From Catajapyx aquilonaris (taxonomy: Eukaryota): a DNA stretch of 64,000 nucleotides. The position numbers were made by a program, and so were the translations under genes. Where the stretch lies: contig JYFJ02001297.1 in NCBI GenBank assembly GCA_000934665.2, positions 1 to 64,000 of the forward strand. Reading direction: 5' to 3'. Position 1 is the stretch's first letter. The number at the start of each line of letters is the position of its first letter. The notes under the pieces are model-generated. The model was not told the origin of the DNA. It saw only the letters and a program-made list of their open reading frames with translations, and made no database searches. This document shows, in pieces, positions 51,401 through 58,990 of the stretch.

Positions 51401-54400
51401 TCTATGGCCACAAGGTGGAGTGGAGTGGCTGAGGAGCCCACAGGGGAGCCAGCCTGCTCTGGTGGGGTTCCTCCCTCAGAAAAGTCACCCTAGAACAAAG
51501 ACCAATCATAGTCATTACTAACACAAAATTGTTACCAATCAAACCATTGATTGTTAAATTACATTGTAACAAACAAAATAAGTACAACTCCTCTTGTACC
51601 AATGCATACTATTAACCTAAACAACAACACAAACTTAGCAGGTACTGCAGAAAGTAAGTATAATCTAAATCCATCCACTATATCCTGAGACACAATATAG
51701 GCCATACAATCCCTCGACTACACTTCCTTCTCCCATTCTGTACAGTGCTGGGCCTTAATTTTATCGTACTGCTACGACATTTTCCCAGGTGGCAGAAGAG
51801 CATCAAAGTGATGGAATGCGAGTAAGAAGTGGTAGACACTGGGTGATGTCACTGACTGGGCCTAGCCAGCATCTACCACTTCTTACTCGCAAGGCTCGCA
51901 CTTCATCCCTTCGTTGTGTTCTTGTGCCGCCTTGGAAAATATGACGGAACTAATGTCTAACACTGCACATCTGACAGCACCCTACTTGAAGCTGCTATTA
52001 AGTGTTGCACTTCTCAGGCATATAACGGAGACACAGCCATCAGAAAAAAGCAACACCTCTGTGCCGTCCGTCATGTGTCTTGCTGGCTGTTTCGGGCATT
52101 TAAGTTTGAAATGATAATTAGGACCCAATTACGTAAGGCTACAGTTTGTGACATGGTGGGCAAAATAGGCAAGATATCTGAAACCAGCACAAGGTCAAGA
52201 GGTCCTTCAAAAAGAAAGTGTACCTATGGAATGCAAAGCCAGTGCTTTTGATGTAAGAATCTTTAGTGAATCACAGCAGTAAGGAGTCACTGGCGCAAGA
52301 TTGTAAAGTAGTGCAAGAGACAACAATAATAATTAATGGAAGGTACATATTTCTAACCTGGTATCCTGTGTCAAGACTGGCACCACTTGTAACACTTATG
52401 ACACTGCAAGTAACACTGGTCACAAGACTGCTGTCCATGGCATTATTGTTCTGGTTCACATTATTTGGGCGGCAGCGACTGTTTCGGTTATTCTGCTGAT
52501 GCATTTGTGGACACTCTGTCGGCTCAACTGCACTGGCTGTGATTGAATCTGTCATCGACACTACAGGGGATGCAGACAATGCTGGCAAATGCTCCATCTC
52601 ATGTGCTTCTTCAGCTTCTTCTGGATCATTGTCATCAATCAACTTGGGTTCCTCTGTGTCGAGTGTGTCCATATCCAACATGGCATCATCTAGTTCCTCT
52701 CCCTTCTCTGACTTGCTTTCCACCTTATCCTCCTCTTCCACCACCTCCATCCCACCATCATCCAAGTCATCAATTCCAGCAAAATCCCTCATTTGATTGG
52801 GTGTCAGTAGTCCCAGCGAGTCATCCAACTCTTCAGCTTTGAGCAGAGGGGTTGAAGTGCAGAATTCTCCAGCATGAGGAGACAATGGTGAAGGTGGTGA
52901 CTGCATATAGTCCTCAGGTTCCAAGGGCGGCAAGTGGAAGACAGGCGATGGTGGGGTTTGCGGAGGGGTTGGAGTGATTTCTTTGGGGGGCGTCAGTATA
53001 CAGGGTGGCTTCTGACGAGGTGGTGGAGGAGGTGGTGGGGGAAGGTGATGAGGGGGAGAAGTAATAGGTGATGCCATCTTCTCTATTTGGTCCATTGGCT
53101 GTCAAAATAAAGAGGATATAATTAGCATTTCTCCAGCTAAACTGTGGCATTGTAACACTGATGTACAGTAAAATTGTCTATTTAGTTATAACAACTCTGA
53201 ATAACCATTCTGTATGTATACATATAAGGATAGAAACATAACACAGCAAGTAGGCTATATATATTTTTAATGCCAACACCAGGCCCTTTATAGGAATAAC
53301 CTACATGGCGTTGTGTAGCTCTCTCCATCTTCTACCTCACTAGACTATGGCAGGGCAAATACTGTGTGTGTTCACTATTCACACAAATAAAATGTTTAGT
53401 ACAATGTCACATATTATCCAAAGTTATGATTAATTAGGCAATATGTATGAGTACACACCACATTCCTGACACCATATCTTCAGCACTTCAATTAAAACAT
53501 GTCACTTGACTCTAAATTGCACTCAATCCCTAACACACAGTCAGACAACTTCACTGAAACAGCCTCGAAATGTATAATGAGGAGCAGCGAGCCACTCTTC
53601 CCTATTTCTGCCCATGAATTCTTTAACATGCAGACAGGCAATTCTTTGTAGTGGCTACCAAAAGTAGCAGACTTAAGTACAAAATGACAAGCAAGTCTTT
53701 ACCTTCCAGAGCAGCGAGTGCCAAACTTAATAATCACAATTTCAGAACATAACAGAGGCTTAAAGAGAAAAAAGGTCATCTTGGCACGGAATCAAAGTCA
53801 GATTTGGGTCTTCCTCAAGGCCAAAGTAAAAAAAATGGGCTGCAGGCTAAGTTTAACCCATGTTTTATGAGGTTTCACAGGTGACCAATGTCACTCAATA
53901 CTCACCAACATCTCGACTTTGGTCAGGGGCGCCATTATCCCGTAGCCTTGCTTGCAATGGAAGTAGCGCATCCCTTGGACAGAACCATCATTCTTGCCAA
54001 TCTGCTCTGCAAATTCAATACCGCACCAAATTCCAGGTGCGAAGTTTGTGGTGCCCACATATTTAAGCTGGCCAATTTGCTCCCCTCCAACACACACTAT
54101 GCGTCCTAACTGGTCTGGCGAAGGTCTGGTGGACATGCCTGCGGGAATGTTAAAAATTAACCAAAAGTGGTAATGCCACAGTGACAAACTGCTAGCAGGA
54201 AGTTTACAAATAATTATTTTGGCTGATGTACTGAATCTTGTTACTATGTCGCCCCAAATTATTTTTATTATGCTAATACCTTCAATGAACAGGGAGGCGA
54301 AGTAGCGCTGCGGTAATGCATGCGCCCACGGATGTTAAGGTCCCGGGTTCGATCCCAGCCCGCGGACACCCCCCTTCATCTCGTGCAAAGTTTGGGCCAT

Positions 54401-54633
54401 CTCTGGCTTCGTCTCGGGTGGGACTCCTTAGACTAACCACCCAGGGGAGTTCACAAAATGACTTCACCCATGACCCTGCACTGCACTTTGCAAATCCCCT
54501 CCTACTCATCCCCCCTTCGCTTGCGTTACCTGGGCGTTACGGCAAAGGTCCAAAAATGTATTTAAGCTTGTACAACTTAAGCAAGAATAAAGGTACCATG
54601 CCAGATGCCCCCTGTGGGCGGTGCTCTAAACCC

Positions 54634-54669
<36 letters not shown>

Positions 54670-54935
54670 ATTAACCCCGTGATAGAGCTCGTGGCTCTCT
54701 TAGGTGGGAAGGGGGAAGTTCCCAAGGGAGGGGGCCGTGTGATAGCCATTTCTGACATTTTTTTAAACACCAGGCTTTTCTGCTGGCCCCGAGCAGAGAA
54801 GGGAGTGCAATTCTGCTCCGGCATGTCGGGCGAAAAGCTGAAAAAGACCCGGCCAAGCAGAGGTGACAGGGATGGGATTTGAACCCCTGCTTGGCTGGCC
54901 AGCGGCGTCGCTAGACCACCATGCTGCCCTTTCCA

Positions 54936-54972
<37 letters not shown>

Positions 54973-55633
54973 GAACCTTCAATGAAAATTCTGATATGAC
55001 TACTGTGTCTATTAGCTGTCATCAGCTGACAAGCCAACTTTGGGTTTCAGACAACTGTATCACACTGTCAGCTTAATTTCTATATTTATAAACTATACCT
55101 TTGGGAATTGCCTGTGTTGGTGGAGGCCTTGGTGGGACAGGAGGAGGAGGCCCTCTGGGATGGTGCCGATAAGTGACATCTTCTGCAGGCGCTGGAGGTA
55201 CAGGCAAGCCAATGCGCCGCCTGCTGAGTGGAATTTTGCTTTCCTGAAATCAATATGAAAATTCCATTTTAGTTAACAATATTTGGTACTAAACTGCTTT
55301 TTAAATTCTTCCTAATAATATTAACAGCCACTATAAACTACCATCAATCAACCCTCCATGTACAGTAGCAACCTGAACCTGACACCAACCAGAAAAGGCC
55401 CACAACACCTGCTGAAACAGCAGTAATCCAACTCCACCTTGCTCCTTTAAAAAAATAAGCCTCACACAACACGGTACGAACCTCGAAACGTGACCGCCCC
55501 TAAACTTGCAAATGCACAATCTGACAGGTTGCAAAAAAGAGGCGGATGGCCAGAAGGGAGACCCGCTTTCGACATCTGGCCACTGGCACGATTGGGCCAT
55601 TTTGCTCACCAATGTTGCCACCTCACTCGCCAT
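14793..55633 (-). CDS. CAP-Gly domain / MTUS1-MTUS2 (toucan-like) coiled-coil microtubule-associated protein, long isoform about 1539 aa; join(55633..55610,55243..55099,54138..53906,53098..52358,51489..51031,48282..47983,47045..46579,44681..44527,44293..44144,35380..35276,21347..21091,19907..19844,18573..18460,18324..18128,17947..17647,17359..17131,15471..14793)
   Basis: The 17 exons have GT-AG boundaries and chain in phase (4620 nt, divisible by 3). The CAP-Gly signature is G.LKYVG.T.FAPGIWCGIE....GKNDGSV.G.RYF.C. The C-terminal coiled coil contains SLEAVLEMK and EELQYR, resembling the MTUS family (ESLKAVLEIK...EELLWKL). The first coding exon and the exons at 44.3 and 35.3 kb are less certain. 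Confidence 0.8.
15677..15801. mobile_element. Harbinger-like MITE, copy 1
   Basis: TTA|GGGCTGGTTTCACCGAGCTCAGTATATGATAAAACCAGG...CCTGGTTTTATCATATACTGAGCTCGGTGAAACCGGCCC|TTA. Confidence 0.85.
17131..17359 (-). CDS. MTUS-like exon (Ser/Pro/Arg-rich; read-through gives an alternative stop at 16995)
   Basis: Acceptor CTTCTAG|TT in phase 1; donor GG|GTACGA in phase 2. Confidence 0.7.
17647..17947 (-). CDS. MTUS-like coiled-coil exon (AVLEMKTSEIRDLRKRNQDLE...EELQYRF)
   Basis: Acceptor TTTTTCAG, donor G|GTGAGA; heptad-rich sequence with an MTUS-family motif. Confidence 0.88.
18128..18324 (-). CDS. MTUS-like coiled-coil exon (NNHLAEVKETHLKEVESLEQRLQE...EVLSLE)
   Basis: Acceptor TTTTTTGCAG, donor GAG|GTGAGT, phases consistent. 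Confidence 0.87.
18460..18573 (-). CDS. MTUS-like coiled-coil exon (LAHMRLRQLQDK...EHDEELKT)
   Basis: Acceptor TTTCACCAG, donor T|GTACGT, phase 1-1. Confidence 0.82.
18797..19249. mobile_element. hAT (Buster/Charlie-like) non-autonomous element
   Basis: Perfect 8-bp TSD CTCTAGCA (18789-18796, 19250-19257) with central TA; TIR CAATGGTTTTCAAACT...AGTTTGGGAACCACTG. Confidence 0.87.
19844..19907 (-). CDS. MTUS-like small exon (LEDTHEIEKLKEELVSLRLEL)
   Basis: Acceptor TTGCAG, donor G|GTAAAA; phase 0-1 fits both neighbours. Confidence 0.8.
20134..20467. mobile_element. Tc1/mariner-type MITE (CAGGGTG termini, TA TSD)
   Basis: About 95-bp imperfect TIR, CAGGGTGTTTCAACTTTTTTGTCC...GGACAAAAAAGTTGAAACACCCTG. 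Confidence 0.88.
21091..21347 (-). CDS. MTUS-like common exon (QNRIP...ELKRLESLCEARE...GFQALAVLVNYLTCQ)
   Basis: Acceptor TTTTTCTGCAG in phase 1, donor CAG|GTTTGT. The LE.LCE.R and GF.ALAV...YL motifs resemble the start of the MTUS coiled coil. Confidence 0.87.
23998..24508 (-). CDS. Candidate alternative first coding exon of the MTUS-like gene (MFSWCSGRGKK...WLDLAED), short isoform about 783 aa
   Basis: GC-rich ORF starting at ATG 24508, with a strong donor GATG|GTAAGA at 23997 in phase 1 that matches the acceptor at 21347. Confidence 0.65.
24955..24962. promoter_or_regulatory. DRE element (TATCGATA) upstream of the alternative first exon
   Basis: Exact palindromic DREF-type octamer about 450 bp upstream of ATG 24508 on the - strand. 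Function is inferred. Confidence 0.3.
25105..25148. repeat. (TTA)n microsatellite
   Basis: Direct observation. Confidence 0.9.
30372..30421. repeat. (CAAA)n microsatellite
   Basis: Direct observation. Confidence 0.85.
31733..31901. mobile_element. Harbinger-like MITE
   Basis: TIR GGTCCGGTTGCAACAGGTCGG..TTAAGAATCT / AGATTCTTAA..CCGACCTGGTGCAACCGGCCC; flanks TAA/TAG. Confidence 0.7.
32521..32646. mobile_element. Harbinger-like MITE, copy 2 (opposite orientation to 15677-15801)
   Basis: Same TIR as copy 1; the core CCCTATCTATTTGTATGGATTTTCCTAAAGAAACC is the reverse complement of the copy 1 core. Confidence 0.85.
33041..33168. mobile_element. Harbinger-like hairpin MITE with TCA TSD
   Basis: TCA|TGCCCGATTGCACCAAC..TTACCGAT.CGATAGCTCCTAACAGA...TCTGTTAGGAGCTATCG.ATCGGTAA..GTTGGTGCAATCGGGGA|TCA. 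Confidence 0.75.
35276..35380 (-). CDS. MTUS-like phase 1-1 exon (MKSSAGRLANSRSERNLPPRRHHSQTPSKPSPLR)
   Basis: Acceptor GTATTTCAG, consensus donor G|GTGAGT, open frame, 105 nt. Confidence 0.7.
36563..36678. mobile_element. Degenerate Harbinger-like MITE
   Basis: Termini GGCCGGTTG...CAACCGGCC with inner GAGAAAA/TTTTCTC symmetry. Confidence 0.5.
37168..37341 (-). CDS. Candidate MTUS-like phase 1-1 cassette exon (GAYKMASASRSSTATT...TRQTISSARKISERNQRH...)
   Basis: Acceptor AATTCAG|GT, open frame of 174 nt, weaker donor G|GTGATT; basic Ser/Thr-rich composition like the neighbouring exons. Confidence 0.5.
39489..39778. mobile_element. TA-flanked MITE (CACTGTACTCCCGA termini), copy 1
   Basis: TA|CACTGTACTCCCGA...GGATAATCGGGCGTATACAGTG|TA. 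Confidence 0.7.
39830..40199. mobile_element. Same MITE family, copy 2 in inverted orientation, with an internal hairpin segment at 40031-40135
   Basis: TA|CACTGTACTCCCGA...TCGGGAGTACAGTG|TA. GGTCCTAGACACCG and GCTATTCACAGGTTATAAAT are reverse complements of copy 1 segments. Confidence 0.7.
41404..41653 (-). mobile_element. Full-length tRNA-derived SINE (family C) with 18-bp TSD
   Basis: TSD AAAAGCTGGGACTAATAA at 41386-41403 and 41654-41671; A-box-like GGAGTGGTTAG, B-box GAGTTCGATCC, central GTGGGTTTTCTCAGGGTTCTCCCGTTTCCTCCC motif, (ATT)n tail. Confidence 0.88.
42922..43155. mobile_element. hAT (Buster/Charlie-like) MITE
   Basis: Perfect TSD TTTTACAT on both sides; TIR CAGTGGTTCCCAACC...GGTTGGGAACCACTG. 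Confidence 0.9.
44144..44293 (-). CDS. MTUS-like exon (SKKVELRPPSQLSDHSSLS...TRTP)
   Basis: Consensus donor C|GTAAGT and an open frame. The acceptor position is uncertain because the pyrimidine tract is weak. Confidence 0.6.
44527..44681 (-). CDS. MTUS-like exon (LTKTSTTEPSSSG...SPHSSTSDIS...LRDWQ)
   Basis: Acceptor TATTTTAG in phase 2, donor A|GTGAGT; an alternative donor exists at 44572. Confidence 0.7.
46157..46388. mobile_element. Tc1/mariner-type MITE (CAGGGTG termini, TA TSD)
   Basis: TA|CAGGGTGTTCCAAGTA...TACTTGGAACACCCTG|TA. Confidence 0.82.
46579..47045 (-). CDS. MTUS-like basic Pro-rich exon (PSKVKAML...KNRWADVMDKIAQGK...LREVKSRVF)
   Basis: Acceptor ATTCCAG, donor AG|GTATGT; long open frame. 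Confidence 0.85.
47983..48282 (-). CDS. MTUS-like exon (PELTVVHMVEE...AHTESR)
   Basis: Acceptor TTTGCAG, donor AGG|GTAATA; 100 codons, phase 0-0. Confidence 0.8.
49065..49243. mobile_element. pogo/Tigger-like MITE
   Basis: TA|CAGTTGAATCCGGATA...TATCCAGATTCAACTG with repeated TATAACAG motifs. Confidence 0.7.
49249..50553. mobile_element. Longer pogo/Tigger-like non-autonomous element hosting a nested insertion
   Basis: TA|CAGTAGACTCCGATATAACAG...CTGTTATATCCCAGTCAACTG|TA, with CTGTTATA motifs repeated near both ends. Confidence 0.6.
49361..49945 (+). mobile_element. Internally deleted hAT-type element carrying a pseudogenised transposase C-terminus
   Basis: TIR TAGAGAACGGATTTCTAGGT...ACCTAAAAATCTGTTCCTTA; flanks CCTATAAT/CCTATAGC (6/8). 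About 49618-49760 translates MPDELALEDISLFKYDPVALCDVKR*FPECINVLSDR, resembling the FKYAPxTSxDVERSFS..K..L.D.R motif of the hAT dimerisation region. Confidence 0.65.
51031..51489 (-). CDS. MTUS-like acidic exon (GDFSEGG...MTDSDF...EMDSSGVFSD...)
   Basis: Acceptor TGTTCTAG, donor GAA|GTGAGT; 153 codons. Confidence 0.87.
51743..51965. mobile_element. Degenerate palindromic MITE (CAGTGCTGG terminus)
   Basis: Perfect 20-bp inner arms TGCGAGTAAGAAGTGGTAGA (51817-51836) and TCTACCACTTCTTACTCGCA (51872-51891); the outer arms are decayed. Confidence 0.55.
52358..53098 (-). CDS. MTUS-like large Pro-rich/acidic exon (...DDSLGLLTPNQM...SLDTGYQ)
   Basis: Acceptor TTTTGACAG, donor CAG|GTTAGA; 247 codons. 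Confidence 0.87.
53906..54138 (-). CDS. CAP-Gly domain exon
   Basis: GQLKYVGTTNFAPGIWCGIEFAEQIGKNDGSVQGMRYFHCKQGYGIMAPLTKV; acceptor CCCGCAG, donor TTG|GTGAGT. Confidence 0.92.
54292..54668 (+). mobile_element. Full-length tRNA-derived SINE (family A) with (TTA)n tail
   Basis: A-box-like GTAGCGCTGCGGTA, B-box GGTTCGATCCC, body shared with 3982-4237, (TTA)n tail. Confidence 0.85.
54669..54934 (-). mobile_element. tRNA-derived SINE (family B) flanked by (TTA)n on both sides
   Basis: On the - strand: TGGTGGTCTAGCG and B-box GGTTCAAATCCC. The 3' end CCTAAGAGAGCCACGAGCTCTATCACGGGGT resembles the 3' end of the SINE at 41404. Confidence 0.72.
55099..55243 (-). CDS. MTUS-like exon with SxIP motif (ESKIPLSRRRIGLPVPP...PPPPVPPRPP)
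   Basis: Acceptor ATTTCAG, donor AAG|GTATAG in phase 1, joining the CAP-Gly exon in frame. This exon is absent from the ORF track. Confidence 0.78.
55610..55633 (-). CDS. Candidate first coding exon (MASEVATL)
   Basis: AAAA-ATG-G context, donor TTG|GTGAGC in phase 0 matching the next exon, and an upstream acceptor near 55678. Confidence 0.55.
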
Positions 55634-58226
55634 TTTTTTTAAAAGTCTTCCACACTGGAACGACAGCGCACCGACCCTATCATAAAAACACATATATAAA
55701 CTTATGCACCTTGGGATGTGACGCTGAGCGGAACAATATTCGCAACGTGTCAAATGGGACATCTGATTCCGTTTTACCGCCAGCTTGGCTTAAGAAAGCG
55801 GGCTTTTGACATCCTAACCTTTTGCGTAGAGAAAGCAATCCAAGTGGGGCGCAACGGTATAAATACCATCCTATCATTTTCTGGGGCTTAAAAAAAAAAT
55901 CGCACAATTCACGTATATGGATCGAGCAGACCGCATCAGAAATACCGGCCGTGCACCACAACAAAAGGGTGTCAAAATTACCTTGAGCGCGACAGTACCT
56001 TACCAGCCAGTCTCCAGTTAGTAATAAATGTGCCGTCTGCTTTTCTAGTAGTTACATAACATCTCCGGACCACGCCCCACATTAATTTGCGGCTGAATTA
56101 TTCCACGGTTCAGGCCTACAACCGTCCACAATTAAAATTATGCTACAAACGATTAAAAACAACTAAATTTTCTATAAATTTTATTTTTGCGCAAACCGAG
56201 CAACTAAACTCCGACTTCCAGGGTCAGTGACTTCATACGACAATATCAAACAGCACAGTTTTGTCTAATTCATCGTTACGTCGACAGGAACTGTATAATG
56301 CACGACATCCAGGTGTACCTCCACCTTTTGAAAGAAAAAAAAGGGGGGGAGGGGGGGAGGCCTACAGGAAATGGCTGGCCATTTCACATTTCCGCCAACG
56401 CCTCCTCCACCCCACAATTATACAGGCGACATATCTCAAAGCCCTTTACGAAGCACATTTGGACCATTCTTACCCTGGAAAATTATGTGGAAATTTTAAT
56501 GCACACTCCGTACAAAAACTTAGTCACGAACAGTGCGACAGGAATTCGGTGAAAGAGGGGTAAAAAAAATACCTTTATCGTGAGATAAAGCCATAATTGC
56601 GAGGGACGCCATCACTTCCAATATGCACAGCATGGGATGCCAAATGGGTCAGATTCGGAAAGCGGCAAAGAGCCAGTGCTTCCTGGGCTATATTTACCGC
56701 GCCCTCAACTTGAAAACACGGAAGGTATATCTCTCGTCTTCCCAATATCAATCCAAAATTAATGAACATGAGGCCTGAGGCGCCCGTCTCAGGTGAATCG
56801 ATAATCAATCCGATGAGACGTCGCGTCGCCCCGACAACGAAGGCGAGCAGACAAAAAGCCCCATTACGGAGACACATCTGGTGCATGTATATAGGGGGAT
56901 CCTACATCCTTTCATGGTTTTTTCAAGAACCTGCAGAAAACAAATAATATCTGAAGATATTAACGGCCATCCTGACACTCCTACCCCAGCCGTATGGAAA
57001 CCCCCTCCCACCCATAGGGAGGAGGGTTCCCGCTTCGTCGCTGGTGTCGCTAACATGCATGTAAGTTACTCGACTGCTAATTTATGCAAGCATTAGCACC
57101 GCCTGATTTGGCTATAAATATGGAACAAAATATTTAATTACATATTAACAGAAATATTAAATTAAAAAATAACGTACCGCACTCTAACAATTCGATTTTA
57201 TTAACGGTTTTTGTTGATGTCTGTAATTCGTAAACTTCACTCGTCCATACATTCCTGCTTTTCGACACCATTTTTTCCCACAAGCTAGCACCTCTTCCGG
57301 GAGGAAATGCATACTTCGGCATCTAGTCTTCTCCCATCCATATACAGACTGCAACAAAAAAAAAACGGCCTTCTTAGATGCGCAAACCTGACCTACTACC
57401 GGCCAAACTGGTTCGCGAATAACATGCACACAATTCCGCACCTCCTTTTATGGAAAACCCCGGCATAGGTTACGGTTCTTCCAATTTTCAAGTATTTCGT
57501 GACTCCACACTGCAGAGTCGCATTCCTGTCTGTCCCGGTTCCTCCCATCTACCATGCAGACGATTCCACTCATACAAAATCCGCGCAGAAAGTGTCAAAT
57601 TATATTACAGTTCCGCAAACATGGGGTTGGCGGGGGGGTAAACGTCGCAATACGGCTGGACTGCAGTAGATCTACACTTTGTGGCATTGTTTCCCCTCCC
57701 GACACCTACGTCATAAAACCCGGACAAAGGACGTACGTCTACAGCATTTAAAAGGGGCCGGTTTGGCCAGGGTGTGGGTGTCGATTGCGGCACGTGCAAC
57801 ATGCGGTACGGAAAAAAGCGGAATGTATTATTACTGCTCATTTGCAAACTCATCTGGCCTACCAGCTCGTAAACCCGCTGCTTGCGTTTCCGTAAACACA
57901 TACTCAAGTGCCGGTGTTCATCATAATTATTACGCGCATTTTCACCTCGCGTGTGAAAAAAGTACATAATTTTAAAAACTAGAATTACATGGCAGGATAA
58001 GGCTCACGATAACAGCAATTAATTAGAGCAGTAGCCGTGTTAGTCTTATAACATTGTATTATCGGAATGATTGCGATGCGATATTAGAATTTCTGGGGCA
58101 AAATTTCTCGCCTTGGGAAAATAATTGAAGATATCTACAATGAGGCGCGATCACACGCGACAACGACTTACACGCTAAAACCTGCTGGTGACACCAGTTT
58201 CACACTTCCCTTTCGATATTTAGTTA

Positions 58227-58562
58227 CAGTGCTGGACATATTAGCCGTCGCTGAATGTTTTTTCCCGGCGGCGGCGGCGGCGTTACCTGGCAACCCTGTG
58301 CGGCGGGCCAATTAAAACATCAGCCCATGGAGAGCGCTTCCATTGTTGCCACTGTTTACAAATCGAGTGAGTGACGCGGACGACCCAGCGACGGGTCTCT
58401 TCTGCCTGCGCACTCACTCACTCGATTTGTAAACAGTGGCAACAATGGAAGCGCTCTCCATGGGCTGATGTTTGAATTGGCCCGCCGGACAGGGTTGCCA
58501 GGTAACGCCGCCGCCGCCGTCGGAAAAAAAACATTCAGCGACGGCTAATTTGTCCAGCACTG
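58227..58562. mobile_element. Near-perfect palindromic Tc1/mariner-type MITE (TA TSD, about 148-bp arms)
   Basis: TA|CAGTGCTGGACA...TGTCCAGCACTG|TA; 58227-58374 pairs with 58414-58562 with only a few mismatches. Confidence 0.9.
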
Positions 58563-58886
58563 TACACCTAGATGCTCGCCGATTTGACACTTTCAGAATT
58601 CAGGGAAAATATCTCGATTATTGTTAGGTATTCACATATCCAGCAATTTTTTCTTCTTCAGTTGATACAACTGGACTTTCTCACCGCAGGTTTTTTTGTC
58701 ACGTGTGGTGCGGTGGGCCTATATGATTCACCTCGTCTGATTTCTAGCGTGGCAACCGTGCCGAATGACAAAGGTTGGTGACCAACAAATGAAATTCAGG
58801 GAGCCTGCGAGGTGCCCCGTAATTTTTTACGCTGGAGACACCAAATAAGACAATGTAGAATACGAAGGGATGAAGAGGGCGGTATA

Positions 58887-58990
58887 CCACCTCTGAGGTC
58901 CCTAGTTCGATACCCGGCTCGGACGATGACTTTCTCAGATGGGTTCGTGTTCACACGAGCTTTCGCGGGGTTCTCCCAGTTTCCTCCCAC
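58887..58990 (+). mobile_element. Diverged fragment of SINE family C
   Basis: CCACCTCTGAGGTCCCTAGTTCGATACCCGGCTCGGACG and GGGGTTCTCCCAGTTTCCTCCCAC match the 41404-41653 element. Confidence 0.65.

Noticed and set aside
57650..57751. Peptide SPPDTYVIKPGQRTYV, faintly like a dUTPase N-terminus
   Set aside because: No downstream dUTPase motifs are apparent; the match is short and probably chance.
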